Position numbers and translations under genes: made by a program. DNA of 47,267 nucleotides from Rhizaria sp. SCN 62-66 (lineage: Eukaryota). A model generated the notes under the pieces. That model had not been told where the DNA came from, did not search any database, and saw only the letters and a list, made by a program, of their open reading frames with translations. Location: assembly GCA_001724265.1 (NCBI GenBank), contig MEDY01000230.1, positions 1 through 47,267 of the forward strand, given 5' to 3'. Every line of letters starts with the position of its first letter. The first letter of the stretch is position 1. This document shows positions 11,153 to 21,644 of this stretch, in pieces.

Positions 11153-12605
11153 AGGGGAGCAAAGGACAAAGGAGAAGAGAATACAAAAATACACAATAGG
11201 AAGAGAGAGTTAGCAGATGAATGAAATAAATGACAGTTATTGAGTACAAACAACAGTAGTTGACTCAATAGTTGTTTAATCTGTGAGATAAAATCAATGT
11301 TTTGGTATCGTGATAGAGAAACATGGAGACGTGCCTGTGGCGAGGCTATTGATGGCCTTGCTGAACACCCCCGCCGTCTTAGTGCTGCCGAACCGGTCCC
11401 CCAGCGGGGCACCGGTACTCGTGACCCCCCTACGCGTTCCACCTGCTGCGGTGTCGCCGTAGAGGTCGATAACGGGCATCACGGGCCGCGACGGGTCGCC
11501 CGCCACCAGCGAGGCCAGGATGCCGGCCTCGTCAGCAGCCGCGGCAGCCCCGTCTTTCGCCATATCGTCAGTAGCATCGGCATCACTGTCGCTTTCCTCA
11601 TCCTCTTCTTCCTCCTCTTGCTCATCGTTGCTCTTGGCGGCGGAGGAGGAAGTTAGGCCGTGCTTGGCGGTAAGCGTCTCCCGATGGCTCTTGCGCTGCT
11701 TCATCACATAGCGCTTCACAGCCACTGTGTACTCGTCGCGGCCCTCGTCCACGGCGCCCGCGGCGGCGACCATCGCGGGCGTGATCTCGGCGAGCGTCTT
11801 GACGCCGTAGCGCTCAGCGATCCCCCGCCTTGTCACTATGGCGTGGCGCGTGTACTCCTCGGCCATCCGCTTGTTCTCCTCGTCAAAGAACAGCCGCGCA
11901 AGCCGCTCGTACTGCAGCGCGCGGTGCACGTCGCGCTTCAGCGCCGCGGGGGCGACAGCGGCCGTCGCGGCGGTCAGCTACGAGGAGGCCGGGTCCGTGG
12001 TCTCGGCGGCGGGGCGGTCGATGAGATCCAGCGTGAGCAGTTGCGACTCGTAGATAAGGCGCTCGGCGTTGCGAAAGCGGAGTGCTTCGTCAAACTTCTT
12101 GTGGAAGACGCAGATGGCCGAGAGGCGGCTCAGGCAGAAGGTGATTTGCTCGAGGTTGAGCACGTTGGTGTGCGTGTCGAGGATGTACAGGAAGTACTTG
12201 ATCGCCAGTTTCTGTGTAAAACGAATAAAAAACAAGTAGTTCAATATAATAGAAACCAATCCTATTTAACATATATCCCACGGTCATTTCATGAGTTGCG
12301 ACAAAAGTGTGTATATGCGGAATACGTACGTGCTTGCCGTCGCGCTCGAGCTCTGCAGCGCGGACGAGGTAGTCTTTGACCGTGAGTTTGCTTGCTGCAG
12401 CCGCGAAGTCGGCGTGGTCTGCAAAGAAATCCGCAGAGTCGGTGTCATCGCCCGTCGTGGCGGCGTTGGAGGACTGGGGCTGGCCGATGATGTTGCCGTC
12501 TGCGTCGGGGAGTCCGGCGAGCAGAAGCTGTTTCTCTTCCTCGGATAAAACTACCGCAGGCGCGCTAGGTGCGCTCGCAGGAGAGTCCTTGTTTAAACTA
12601 GCCAT
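10000..12605 (-). CDS. Consortin-like protein: TPR-like helical N-terminal domain and C-terminal transmembrane helix, 3 exons (12605-12330, 12211-11335, 11069-10000), one in-frame TAG (11978-11980)
   Basis: Phase-compatible introns (second is GC-AG). CLSRLSAICVFHKKFDEALRFRNAERLIYESQL resembles the consortin N-terminal helical repeat. Hydrophobic AVLMLLKAAAALLVVAIVVAATW near the C-terminus. TGA stop. Gene model is more certain than the family call. Confidence 0.6.
11071..11152. repeat. Imperfect (TG)n/(CA)n microsatellite inside an intron, abutting the acceptor
   Basis: Read directly; the minus-strand CA run ends in cacacag, the acceptor of exon 3. Confidence 0.95.
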
Positions 12606-13099
12606 ACTTTTCGTTCGTCTAGTTTTCGGAAATCAGTGCGAAAGGCCACGTGACGGATTATTTCACGAAGATATCAAAGGTGCTACATTTGCTCGTTCAA
12701 GCACCCTCGCTTGCTGCCAGACCGGCCGACCCGTTGGCTGAAGTAATCCTTTTAGTCTGCTGAGAGAGCAGGCGCGAAAAGTTTGAATTCGGGCGACTCT
12801 ATTACGGGTTATATCTCCTCAACCATCCATTTTCAGTTTGTGCATATTAAATATATGGTTTAAAAAAGGCGGGCCTATCGATTTTTATTATTAGCAGACA
12901 GTTATATTGTACCTAGCATTGTGCAGCCGTATTTTTCTAGTCCTTCCCGCTTACTCGTTTGTTCCTTCCCAACTTTCACTTCCGCGTTCTTGCCCCACCC
13001 AGCCTCAAGCTTTTTCGAACTTTAACCCCGCCTGATTCGTAGAAACCTTCGTTTTTAATATCCTCACGGTGGTGTCACCCGTTGATCTCACCCCCGCAG
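12606..13099. promoter_or_regulatory. Probable shared divergent promoter region
   Basis: About 490 bp AT-rich spacer between head-to-head starts at 12605 (-) and 13100 (+). Inferred from gene geometry only. Confidence 0.4.
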
Positions 13100-16000
13100 A
13101 TGTCTGGGCGTCTCTCCACGGACCCGCTCGTGGCGTCGTTCGTGTCCTCTGAGCGCGACTACATCGAGCTCCTCGGCGTCCTCGTCCTCGAGTGCTTGGA
13201 GCCCCTCAACCGCATCTGCGACATTCCTTCTCCCTCCACCTCCGACTCCCACGCGTCGCTGCCCGTTACCGAGCCTCCGCCGGCGCGTTTCGCGCGCGTG
13301 GTGCGGCAGTTCACTGCCTCGCTGCCGACGCTCGCGCAGCACCAGCTCACGCTCCACTCGCACCTGCGCCTGCGTACGCTCACCTCAGCCTCGCACCTCG
13401 CCGCCGCGCGCGCGCTTGTTACGGCATTTTCCCCGCTGCTGCCGACGCTCTGCGACGCGTACTCGGCCTTCGCCTCGGAGCTGCCCCTGCTGCTGCCTGC
13501 GCTGGGCCAGCTCGTCGACGCCCAAGACGCCGACTTCGCCGTCAGCAACGTGCTGCTGACTGCCGTCGAGGCACGCCACCGCGCGCGCTACGCAGCGTTG
13601 CTCTCATTGCCTTCGCCTGCCGCCGCCGGGACTGTGCGCAGCAGCAGCAGCGGTACCAACGACGATGATGAGAGTGATACCACTCCTCCGTATATCAACA
13701 ACATCAGCAGCAGCAGCGGAAGCGCCAATCACTCCGCAAGCGACACGCCCGTGCCGTTCCTTGTTGCCGCGCTGCGCCAGCCGCTTGCGCGCGTGCCCGT
13801 TTACCTCGCTCTGTTCAAGTCCCTGCGCACCCGCCTCGCCGCCGCCGCCGCCGCCACCACCGCCTCGACGCCGACTCGCAGCGCCGCTGCGGAGGAGGAT
13901 GACGGGGATGAGACGAGCCTCGAGACGTACCTGGCGCACACGGACGTGATTCTGGCGTCGCTGGAGGCGCTGGCGGGCTACTGCAGTGGGTTTGAGGACG
14001 ACATCGCCGCGGCCATTGCGCAAATGCCCTCCGCGTCCAGTCAAAACACGTCCTCTAACACCACTCACGGCCACGGCCACGGTCATGCGCTCTCTGGCAG
14101 TGCTGCGTCTCACTGCAACAACAGCATCAACGGTCAGTCTGCGTACAGCCGCAGCCGCGGCAGCGTCAGCAACAGCCAAAGTGACAGCGGCAACGAGTCC
14201 GAGACCGGCGTCGGCTTCCGGCTCCCGCGGAGGCCTCTGCTTGCCAGCGACAGCCCAGACGCCAGCGCCAGTTCCAGCGCCGGCTCCTCCGCCGCGCACA
14301 GCCAGTCTGACGCTAATCTCCCCGGTCACAGCGACGGCGACAGCGACGGTGACGTCAGCAAGGCCCATACGCAGGCGTTGAGTCGGCACAACGACGCGTC
14401 GAGCCGGCATGGAGACATCTACAAGACGTCTTTCATCCCCGATCCCGTGCCAGCGGGCGCCAAGAGCGGCAGCAATACCAATAGCGCCAGCGACGCAGGC
14501 TGCAGCAGGCGCGGCTCTGTAGCCGGCGGCTCTACTGCCGGTGTCGCTAGCGCCGCTACCGCGAGTGCGGCTACGGAGGCGGGGCTGGGCGGGCTGCCGC
14601 TGCCGACGGTGACTCCCGACACAGACCACTACGACGACCACAACGACAACAACTATAACGAGGATGACCATGGCTACAACAACGGAGACTACGCTGATGC
14701 CGAGGAGGCGGGTGACCACGGAAACTACGGCTACGATAACGAGGACGACGCCAACGACGCACTGCAGCGGGAGCGGGAGCATGCGGCCGAGGCTTCCAAT
14801 GCCGATGTCGGGGCTGCGAACTACAGCAGTCTCAACGCGAGCGCGAGCGCGAAGCCTAGTGCTAACACCGCTGCCAGCGCCAGTCGTGGTCACAACCGCG
14901 CACACAGCATCAACGGCCCTGCCAGTCAGGCCACTGCTGCTGTCGCCGTCGGTGGTGGTGATGGCGTTGACGCTGCCGACGGGGCTTACGGCGGCTTCAA
15001 CCCCCCCGCGCCCGCGCAGTCGAGCCCCAGCTCCAGGTATGCTTCCCCAGTCAAGGGCCGCAGCCGCGAAGTCACGCCCACCAAAGACGCCGATAGTAAC
15101 AATAACAACAACAACAGTTCCAGCGCGAGCGCGGGCGCGGGCGCGGGCAGGACTGTTGTTGCGTACGACCGCGGCAACCACACTGTCGGGTACCAAAGCC
15201 ACGGCCACTACGAGCTTGGCCCCAACAGCAATGTCAGTGAGTTTGGCAACGTCTACAACGATAACGGCCACGACGAGGCTGTCGCCGCCGCTGCCGAGGC
15301 TGCCGCGACCGACGCCGAGGCTGCCGCTGCCGCCGCGCTCGTCTACGCCAAGGCGGCCGCCGCCTCCGCCAACGCCGCTTCCGCGAGTGTCGGTGCAGAC
15401 GTCCGTGTAAGTACCCCCTTAGACGGCGCTGTAAGCGGCAAGGCGACGCCAGTCTACCGCGCGCCTACCCCCGTCGCCCACACTCATGCGGCCGCTCACG
15501 GCGCTGTTGCAGGTGCGAGCCAGAGCGCCACGCCTGTCGCGCCTGTTGCATCTGTTGCTCCCCACACTCCTGGCTCGATCAGCGGGCGCGCCAGCGCCAG
15601 TGCCAACGCCGCTGCTGCTTTGACTGCTCCCGGGCTCAGCGCCAGCCGCCCGCAGCCCCAGCCACAAGCTCACACCACTCACTCTGGCAGCGGCCACGGC
15701 GCGGGTGCCGCGGGTACTTACACGGGTGCCGCGGATACTTACACGGCCGCCGATCGCACTTACACGAGTACCCATGCCCACGCGTCCGCTCCCGTGCCCG
15801 CGACGGGCGACAACGCTGTTGTTGCGCCCCGCCGTATCGTGATTGGCGTATACACGAACCCCACTCCTGTTCCTGCTGCCCCGAACGCCCACAACAACAA
15901 CAGCAGTAGCAGTGCGGTGGTCAATGCAACTCAACAGCATCAGCAGCAGCAACAGCCTCAAAACGGACACAACATCGCTGCTTACCGCCGCTCCTCGCTC

Positions 16001-19000
16001 TCTTCCAGCACAGGCACCGGCTCTGGTCCCAACTCCGTCTCTGACGCTGCCGCTGCTGCCGCCGCCGCCCCCGCCCCTGGCTCTGGCCCCGTCTCTGGCA
16101 CGCACACGCGCTCTAATTCCACTCTCACTGGCCCCAATTCGGCTTTCGCAGACTCTCAGCACACGGTCCCTGTCGGCTCGCACAGCCGCACCAACTCCAC
16201 CCTCTCGGCCGCGGCTGCCGTGCCGGGCGCCCACCACTCGCGGACCAACTCCACCCTCACCGTCTCTGCGTCTCCGTCTGCTGGCTCTGCGTCTACTGGG
16301 TCTGTGTCAACTGCGACCCCGGCCACGAACCGCGTCTACACCACCACCACCGTCGTCCCCTCTGCCGCTGCCGCCGCTGCAAACAACGCTGCCGCGAACA
16401 ACGCTGCCGCCTACACGTCGACTGCTGCCACTACTGTTGCTTCGAACGATCGCGCGACACCCGTCTACTCAGCCCCCAGCGCCAGAGCCACGCCCGTCGC
16501 CGCTGTCGCCGCCCCCGGCCCCGCTTTTGGCCCCACAGCGCGCAACAGCAGCAACAACAGCATCAACAACGGCGACGCGCTCGCAACTCCAGCGTCGATG
16601 CACACCTCAACCGCGCCGACCCCGACGAACTACAGCTCGCGCTACTTTGCAGCCAGCTCGAGAGCGCACGATGACGCCGCCGCCACTGCCTATAGCGGCG
16701 GCGTGCCGAGCGGTGGCACTGGCACTGGCACTGGCGTTACCATCGGTGGCGGTGCGGCTGCGTCTGAACCCCGCCGCTTCCCTCCTGCGCCTCTCTCGAC
16801 GACCGCGCACGTCGGCGCCGGCTCTGGCGCTGGCGTTGGCTCCGGCGCCTCCTCTCGCCGCACCTCGGTCGCTACCCCGCGCGTGCCCCATATCCATATC
16901 GCCAGCTCTCTCAGTGGCGCCGCGGCGGGCAGCCCGCGCAACGCCTCTGTTAGCGCTACCAGTCCCAACGCCACAACTGCTGCTCTCTCCGCGGTTGCCG
17001 CCGCCGCGCTCGCAAGCCACCGCCGCGCGTCCGCGCCTTCGAGCGCCTCCACGTCTTTCACTGAGGCCGCTGGCGACTACTCACTGCCGCAGCCGCAGGC
17101 TCAGGGCGGCACTGGCGCGGACGCGGTGGCGGCGGCGGCCGGTGAGGCTGCGGCTGCGGCGGGGCTGGGCGAGGATGCGCTTGTGCGGCTGCTGATGGAG
17201 GCTGTGAAGCAGCAAATGGCTACCAGCGATACCAGCGCTAGAGGCAACAACCACAACGCTAGCATGACGGGGAACGAGTTTGCTGATGTCGACGGTGTTG
17301 GCAATGTTAGCACTGTCAACGTCTCCGCTCTTGGCGACCTTAACGCCCAGACGAATAACGGTCAGCAGAAGCAGCCGAATGCCACCAACGGCTCTGAGAG
17401 TTTGTTTGGCCTTAACCTGCCTGGCGGCTTTACTTTGCCCGCCACCCTGCCAGCCGGTCTCGTTGACCTCGTCACCGCTCTCACCGGACTGGCCGCGGTG
17501 CAACAACAGTCCGCACTCCTATCTAACAACAACGGCAGCAGCAACAGCAACAGCGCCGACGGCGGTGGCCGTCTGAGCGGCGCGGGCGCGGGCGCTGGCT
17601 TGGGTGCGATGCCGATCCAGATCGCGGCGACGATCGTCAACAACAACACGGCCAACAGCCACAACGCGCACACGGCGACGACCAACGCGAGCCGAACCGA
17701 CAGCAGCACGCACACGCGCAGCGACAACAGCAGCAGGACCGACAGCAGCTCGCGCACGCGCACGGGCCGCAGTAGCGACAGCAGCACGCACAGCCGCGTC
17801 GACAACAGCACGCACACGAAGGCGGCCGGCAGCCACAACAACACCAACCACGGTGCCGAGCGCGTAGAGGCTGCGGGCAACGGCGCTGCGGTGACTGACG
17901 CATCAGCTGCTGCTGATGCGACTGGCGGCGCCCGCCACGCTCCCCGTGGCAACAGCTCGAACAACAACGCGGCAGGCTCTGCGTCTGTTGTCAACCCGAA
18001 TATTGCTGCCGGCGCTTTGCCCGCTGCCTTGGCGCCCCAGTTGGGCTACGACAAGGCCGCCTTGGCGACGCATCTGCTGTCCAACATCGTTAACACCCAC
18101 CCCGCGCTGGCGCAGGCCCACCTACCCAGTCTCCTGGCGGCGCTCGCGGCGTTCCTCAACAACAAGGAAGGTACGCCGCTCGTCGCGGAGGTCAAGCCGC
18201 CCGCCGGCGGCAAGGCGCCCAAGGTGAAACTGACTGTCCACGGCGTGCCCACCGGTCCCCACAGCGGCAGCGTTCCCGTCACGGTCTCGCGCAGCGGCGA
18301 GGCCGGCGACACGGCCGCGCGGGCGGCCAGCGCGGCGGCCGCGGCGACGCTGTCCGCTGCGTTCGGTGGCCCAAGCCACGGCGCGAGCTCAGTCACAACA
18401 CGTATTTTCCCCGCTAATTACACCGCCATCGGCGGCGTTGTCGGCGGCGACCGCGGCAATGACGCGTACTGCACGAAGCGCGACAAGAAGGACAAGAAGG
18501 ACCGCTGTTCGAGCGCTGCGAGCGTCCGCGACAACTGCCCGTACTTGGCCTCGGTGACTCGCGTGCACAACGACGCCTCGGCCCACGGTCACAAGGGCGC
18601 CAAGGAGACGCGCCGCGACCGCGAACGTGACAGCTGCGAGCGCCCCGCCGACTGCGCACACGCACATGGCCACGGCTACGGCCACGGTCACCACGGTCAC
18701 CGCTGCAAGGGCACTTGTAGCGGCAGCAACAAGGACGACGCCGAGCTGAACCACTACGAGCGCAGCGCCTGCCTGCCGTCCCGCTTTTGCGCCGCCGCCG
18801 CTCACGGTCACCCTGCTGTCCCCGCGACGGCGACGGCGGCCGAGGTCGCGGCCGCGGACGCTGCTGCGGCGCGCGCGAGCCGGCAGTTCACCGACGCACT
18901 CGTCTCGGCCCGGGCGCGCGCCACGGCCACGCTAAACGCTGACCATGTCTCTGTCTACAGCAATGGCAACAATAACGCTGCTGCTGCTGTCCAGGGCCGT

Positions 19001-21043
19001 GACAGTCGTTTTGACGCCTTGATGCGGCCGACGCCGCAGGCCAGCCCCGCGACTGCTCGCGACGGCCCCGTTTTCACCGGCTCCCACGCATATACGCAGG
19101 CAAACGCACACGCGCAGTCGCAGGCGCAGTCTGCGGCGCTGTTGTGCCCACGGTCGCTCGGCATAGCTTCGCACGGGCCCGGCGGCTGCCCCGCGCTTCT
19201 GTCGTCGCACGCCGCTGGCTGCAACCACAACAACAGCAGCGACGACTCTGCGTCTGTGGACCGTGATTTGACGATGATCGCGGACAACGCTGTGGCCACC
19301 GCTGCGGCGACTGCGCCCTGTCTCATTCCGGGGCAGCAGTACGGCCAGCTCCACGGCAACAGCAACAGCAACTTCGGCAACAACGGCGGGTTCAAGGTTT
19401 CTCTTGCGCCCAACGCGGGCGCTGGCGGCTCGTTATTCAGCGATTCTAGCGTGTTCAGCGATGACTCTGCTACCTACACCCACGCTCACGGTAACTTCAA
19501 CGGCAACAATAACAACAACAACAACATGCACATGAATGCCACCACTCGCGCTGCCGCTGCTGCACTGCCGCAACAGCCCGTGGCGTGGACTGTGCCGACG
19601 TCGCCGTCTGAGGAGCTTTTCGCCCTCGCCACTGCGGGCTACCCCATCCCCGCTGTCACGGCCCCTCGCGCGCACTCCGCTGCCCATAGTCACCTCACAG
19701 CCCCTGCAGCCGCTGCTGTTGCTGCTGCTAACGGCCGCCTCGGTCAGAGCGTCCCCGCAGTCGCCCCGGCGTCGCGCTCCGCCTTTGTCTCCAACCCCCC
19801 CGCGACCGCGCCGTCCTCTCTAAGTACCCCTTTAGACGCCGCCCCAGTCCCGCCAATCACGCAGCACACGCTGCCCCCCGGCGCCGTGGCGCTGAACCGC
19901 ACCCGGCTGGCCCGCGCGCGCGCGGACGCCGATGCCGCGGCCGCCGCGGCCGAGCAGCGCCGCCAGCTCGCCCGGGCCGCGGCGGCGCGCGCGCAGGAGC
20001 AAGTCGGCGTCGACCTCGAGGTCGCGAGGCTCGCCGCCACCACTGCTGCCGCGAACAGCGCGAATACAAACACCTACAACAGCACGGTGCCGAGCGTGAG
20101 TGCGAGCGCAAACGCCGCTGTCGGCGCCCTCGAGGCCGAGGCCGCGCTCGCAGCCGCGCGCGCCCGCTTCCAGCAGCAGCATCAACAGCAGCAGCAGCAG
20201 CAGCAGCAGCCGCAGCCATGGCCACCGCGCCAGCAGCAGCCGCACCAGCTGCAGTATGGCGCTGGTGACGACAGTACTGATGACTCGCTGCCGTTGTCGC
20301 CTATTTTCAGCAACGCCTGCAACAACGCGGCTCTGCGCGCGACCGTGGCCGGTTGTAACAGCGCGAACGGTGCTTACAGCAGCTCTAGTTCTAGCTCTGC
20401 TAGCGCCAACGGCAACGTTTACTATGCACAGGCGCCCGCGTTCGCCTCGTTTGCCCCCCGGGTGCCCGCGCCGCCCCAGTGGTTCCCCGCGTCTACCTTT
20501 GCTAGCACTGCCGCTGATGATGTCCCCGCTAAGGCGAACGCTTACGTGAACAACACTGGTGCCAACGCGGGCAAGGGAGCGTGTCCTTACGGCGACCCCT
20601 CGATCTGGGCGATTTTCGCGCCCGCGCCTGCCGCCGCTGCCCCCGCTCCTTTTGCCGCCGCCGCCGCCGCCTCGGCTCCGGCCCCGTCGAAGCCGATCAC
20701 CGTGCCGTCGTTTGCCAACGCCGCGACGGACACGGCGGTGACGTACCCCGTCGCGGTCGCGCTGCCGCTCAAGCTGGGACTGGCGCTCACGCATACGCCC
20801 AACAACCGCGGGTGCTACGTCAAGGCGCTGGCCCCGCAGTCGGTCGCCGCGGCCGTGGGCGTGGCGGTGGGGGACCGGGTGGTTTACGTCAACAACAGGC
20901 TCACGCGCAGTTTGAGCGAGTTCTCCTGGGCCATGGACATGGCCGCCAAGGACGTCAGTGAAAACGGCGGCAACGTCGTAGCCGTGCAGTTCGCGCGCGG
21001 GGAGAACACCAGGCTCATACTCTACCTGCCCGTCGCGATCTGA
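13100..21043 (+). CDS. Giant single-ORF protein (about 2647 aa): N-terminal RhoGEF DH-like domain, long disordered middle, C-terminal PDZ-like domain
   Basis: FVSSERDYIELLGVL...LEPL and LRQPLARVPVYLALFKSL resemble DH conserved regions 1 and 3. LGLAL...GCYVKALAPQSVAAAVGVAVGDRVVYVN is PDZ-like. TGA stop. Confidence 0.75.
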   Translation: MSGRLSTDPLVASFVSSERDYIELLGVLVLECLEPLNRICDIPSPSTSDSHASLPVTEPPPARFARVVRQFTASLPTLAQHQLTLHSHLRLRTLTSASHLAAARALVTAFSPLLPTLCDAYSAFASELPLLLPALGQLVDAQDADFAVSNVLLTAVEARHRARYAALLSLPSPAAAGTVRSSSSGTNDDDESDTTPPYINNISSSSGSANHSASDTPVPFLVAALRQPLARVPVYLALFKSLRTRLAAAAAATTASTPTRSAAAEEDDGDETSLETYLAHTDVILASLEALAGYCSGFEDDIAAAIAQMPSASSQNTSSNTTHGHGHGHALSGSAASHCNNSINGQSAYSRSRGSVSNSQSDSGNESETGVGFRLPRRPLLASDSPDASASSSAGSSAAHSQSDANLPGHSDGDSDGDVSKAHTQALSRHNDASSRHGDIYKTSFIPDPVPAGAKSGSNTNSASDAGCSRRGSVAGGSTAGVASAATASAATEAGLGGLPLPTVTPDTDHYDDHNDNNYNEDDHGYNNGDYADAEEAGDHGNYGYDNEDDANDALQREREHAAEASNADVGAANYSSLNASASAKPSANTAASASRGHNRAHSINGPASQATAAVAVGGGDGVDAADGAYGGFNPPAPAQSSPSSRYASPVKGRSREVTPTKDADSNNNNNNSSSASAGAGAGRTVVAYDRGNHTVGYQSHGHYELGPNSNVSEFGNVYNDNGHDEAVAAAAEAAATDAEAAAAAALVYAKAAAASANAASASVGADVRVSTPLDGAVSGKATPVYRAPTPVAHTHAAAHGAVAGASQSATPVAPVASVAPHTPGSISGRASASANAAAALTAPGLSASRPQPQPQAHTTHSGSGHGAGAAGTYTGAADTYTAADRTYTSTHAHASAPVPATGDNAVVAPRRIVIGVYTNPTPVPAAPNAHNNNSSSSAVVNATQQHQQQQQPQNGHNIAAYRRSSLSSSTGTGSGPNSVSDAAAAAAAAPAPGSGPVSGTHTRSNSTLTGPNSAFADSQHTVPVGSHSRTNSTLSAAAAVPGAHHSRTNSTLTVSASPSAGSASTGSVSTATPATNRVYTTTTVVPSAAAAAANNAAANNAAAYTSTAATTVASNDRATPVYSAPSARATPVAAVAAPGPAFGPTARNSSNNSINNGDALATPASMHTSTAPTPTNYSSRYFAASSRAHDDAAATAYSGGVPSGGTGTGTGVTIGGGAAASEPRRFPPAPLSTTAHVGAGSGAGVGSGASSRRTSVATPRVPHIHIASSLSGAAAGSPRNASVSATSPNATTAALSAVAAAALASHRRASAPSSASTSFTEAAGDYSLPQPQAQGGTGADAVAAAAGEAAAAAGLGEDALVRLLMEAVKQQMATSDTSARGNNHNASMTGNEFADVDGVGNVSTVNVSALGDLNAQTNNGQQKQPNATNGSESLFGLNLPGGFTLPATLPAGLVDLVTALTGLAAVQQQSALLSNNNGSSNSNSADGGGRLSGAGAGAGLGAMPIQIAATIVNNNTANSHNAHTATTNASRTDSSTHTRSDNSSRTDSSSRTRTGRSSDSSTHSRVDNSTHTKAAGSHNNTNHGAERVEAAGNGAAVTDASAAADATGGARHAPRGNSSNNNAAGSASVVNPNIAAGALPAALAPQLGYDKAALATHLLSNIVNTHPALAQAHLPSLLAALAAFLNNKEGTPLVAEVKPPAGGKAPKVKLTVHGVPTGPHSGSVPVTVSRSGEAGDTAARAASAAAAATLSAAFGGPSHGASSVTTRIFPANYTAIGGVVGGDRGNDAYCTKRDKKDKKDRCSSAASVRDNCPYLASVTRVHNDASAHGHKGAKETRRDRERDSCERPADCAHAHGHGYGHGHHGHRCKGTCSGSNKDDAELNHYERSACLPSRFCAAAAHGHPAVPATATAAEVAAADAAAARASRQFTDALVSARARATATLNADHVSVYSNGNNNAAAAVQGRDSRFDALMRPTPQASPATARDGPVFTGSHAYTQANAHAQSQAQSAALLCPRSLGIASHGPGGCPALLSSHAAGCNHNNSSDDSASVDRDLTMIADNAVATAAATAPCLIPGQQYGQLHGNSNSNFGNNGGFKVSLAPNAGAGGSLFSDSSVFSDDSATYTHAHGNFNGNNNNNNNMHMNATTRAAAAALPQQPVAWTVPTSPSEELFALATAGYPIPAVTAPRAHSAAHSHLTAPAAAAVAAANGRLGQSVPAVAPASRSAFVSNPPATAPSSLSTPLDAAPVPPITQHTLPPGAVALNRTRLARARADADAAAAAAEQRRQLARAAAARAQEQVGVDLEVARLAATTAAANSANTNTYNSTVPSVSASANAAVGALEAEAALAAARARFQQQHQQQQQQQQQPQPWPPRQQQPHQLQYGAGDDSTDDSLPLSPIFSNACNNAALRATVAGCNSANGAYSSSSSSSASANGNVYYAQAPAFASFAPRVPAPPQWFPASTFASTAADDVPAKANAYVNNTGANAGKGACPYGDPSIWAIFAPAPAAAAPAPFAAAAAASAPAPSKPITVPSFANAATDTAVTYPVAVALPLKLGLALTHTPNNRGCYVKALAPQSVAAAVGVAVGDRVVYVNNRLTRSLSEFSWAMDMAAKDVSENGGNVVAVQFARGENTRLILYLPVAI

Positions 21044-21644
21044 GACCGTTCTACTCGCTACGTTCACACGTTGACTCGTTCACACGTTGACTCGCCAAGT
21101 TGTGGGGCTTCATTTCCTCTGGTTTAAACTTGATTATTTTTGTTTAAAGATATTCCATTATGTTTTTTGTTTTGCATTTCACAATCCACGATTTCCCATT
21201 CTTTGTCTCAGTTATTGTCTCGCAAAGCGTTTTTGTTTGATTTGTGTGTATACGCTCTCGTTTTTTTTTTTTCTTCTTTCGCCGCACTAATTTGCATGCA
21301 CATACACGTATGTACTTGTATCGCGTGCTTTCATTGTTTTTCTATGTTTTCTTCTTTTCATGTTTCGATAAAATAGTCACAACAAACTGTACTTAATCAA
21401 CAATACAAGAGTCACGTCAAACATCAGTTTCACTGAAGCATTCGGGCTTTAGCTATAATCATGCAGTTACTGTATTGATGAGTCATATCGGCGTCATTGT
21501 CGTTGCGAGTTATCACTATCAAGCTAAAGCACGCCACAGCGGCTCAGCCTTCAGCAGGCGACAGCGGGCAGATAGCAATAAGTGCGGTCATTTCCAACAA
21601 AATCAGTCCGTTCCACACCCGCTCTCCCCACCCCGCGGCTTGAC

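Noticed and set aside
10028..11224. Long antisense and alternate-frame ORFs (this one, 13604-15271, 19832-21067 and many others)
   Set aside because: Shadow ORFs expected from GC-rich, stop-poor codon usage; no recognisable motifs.
21061..21094. Direct repeat CGTTCACACGTTGACT x2 after the DH-PDZ stop
   Set aside because: Simple local duplication with no spacers or further copies; not CRISPR-like or a mobile element end.
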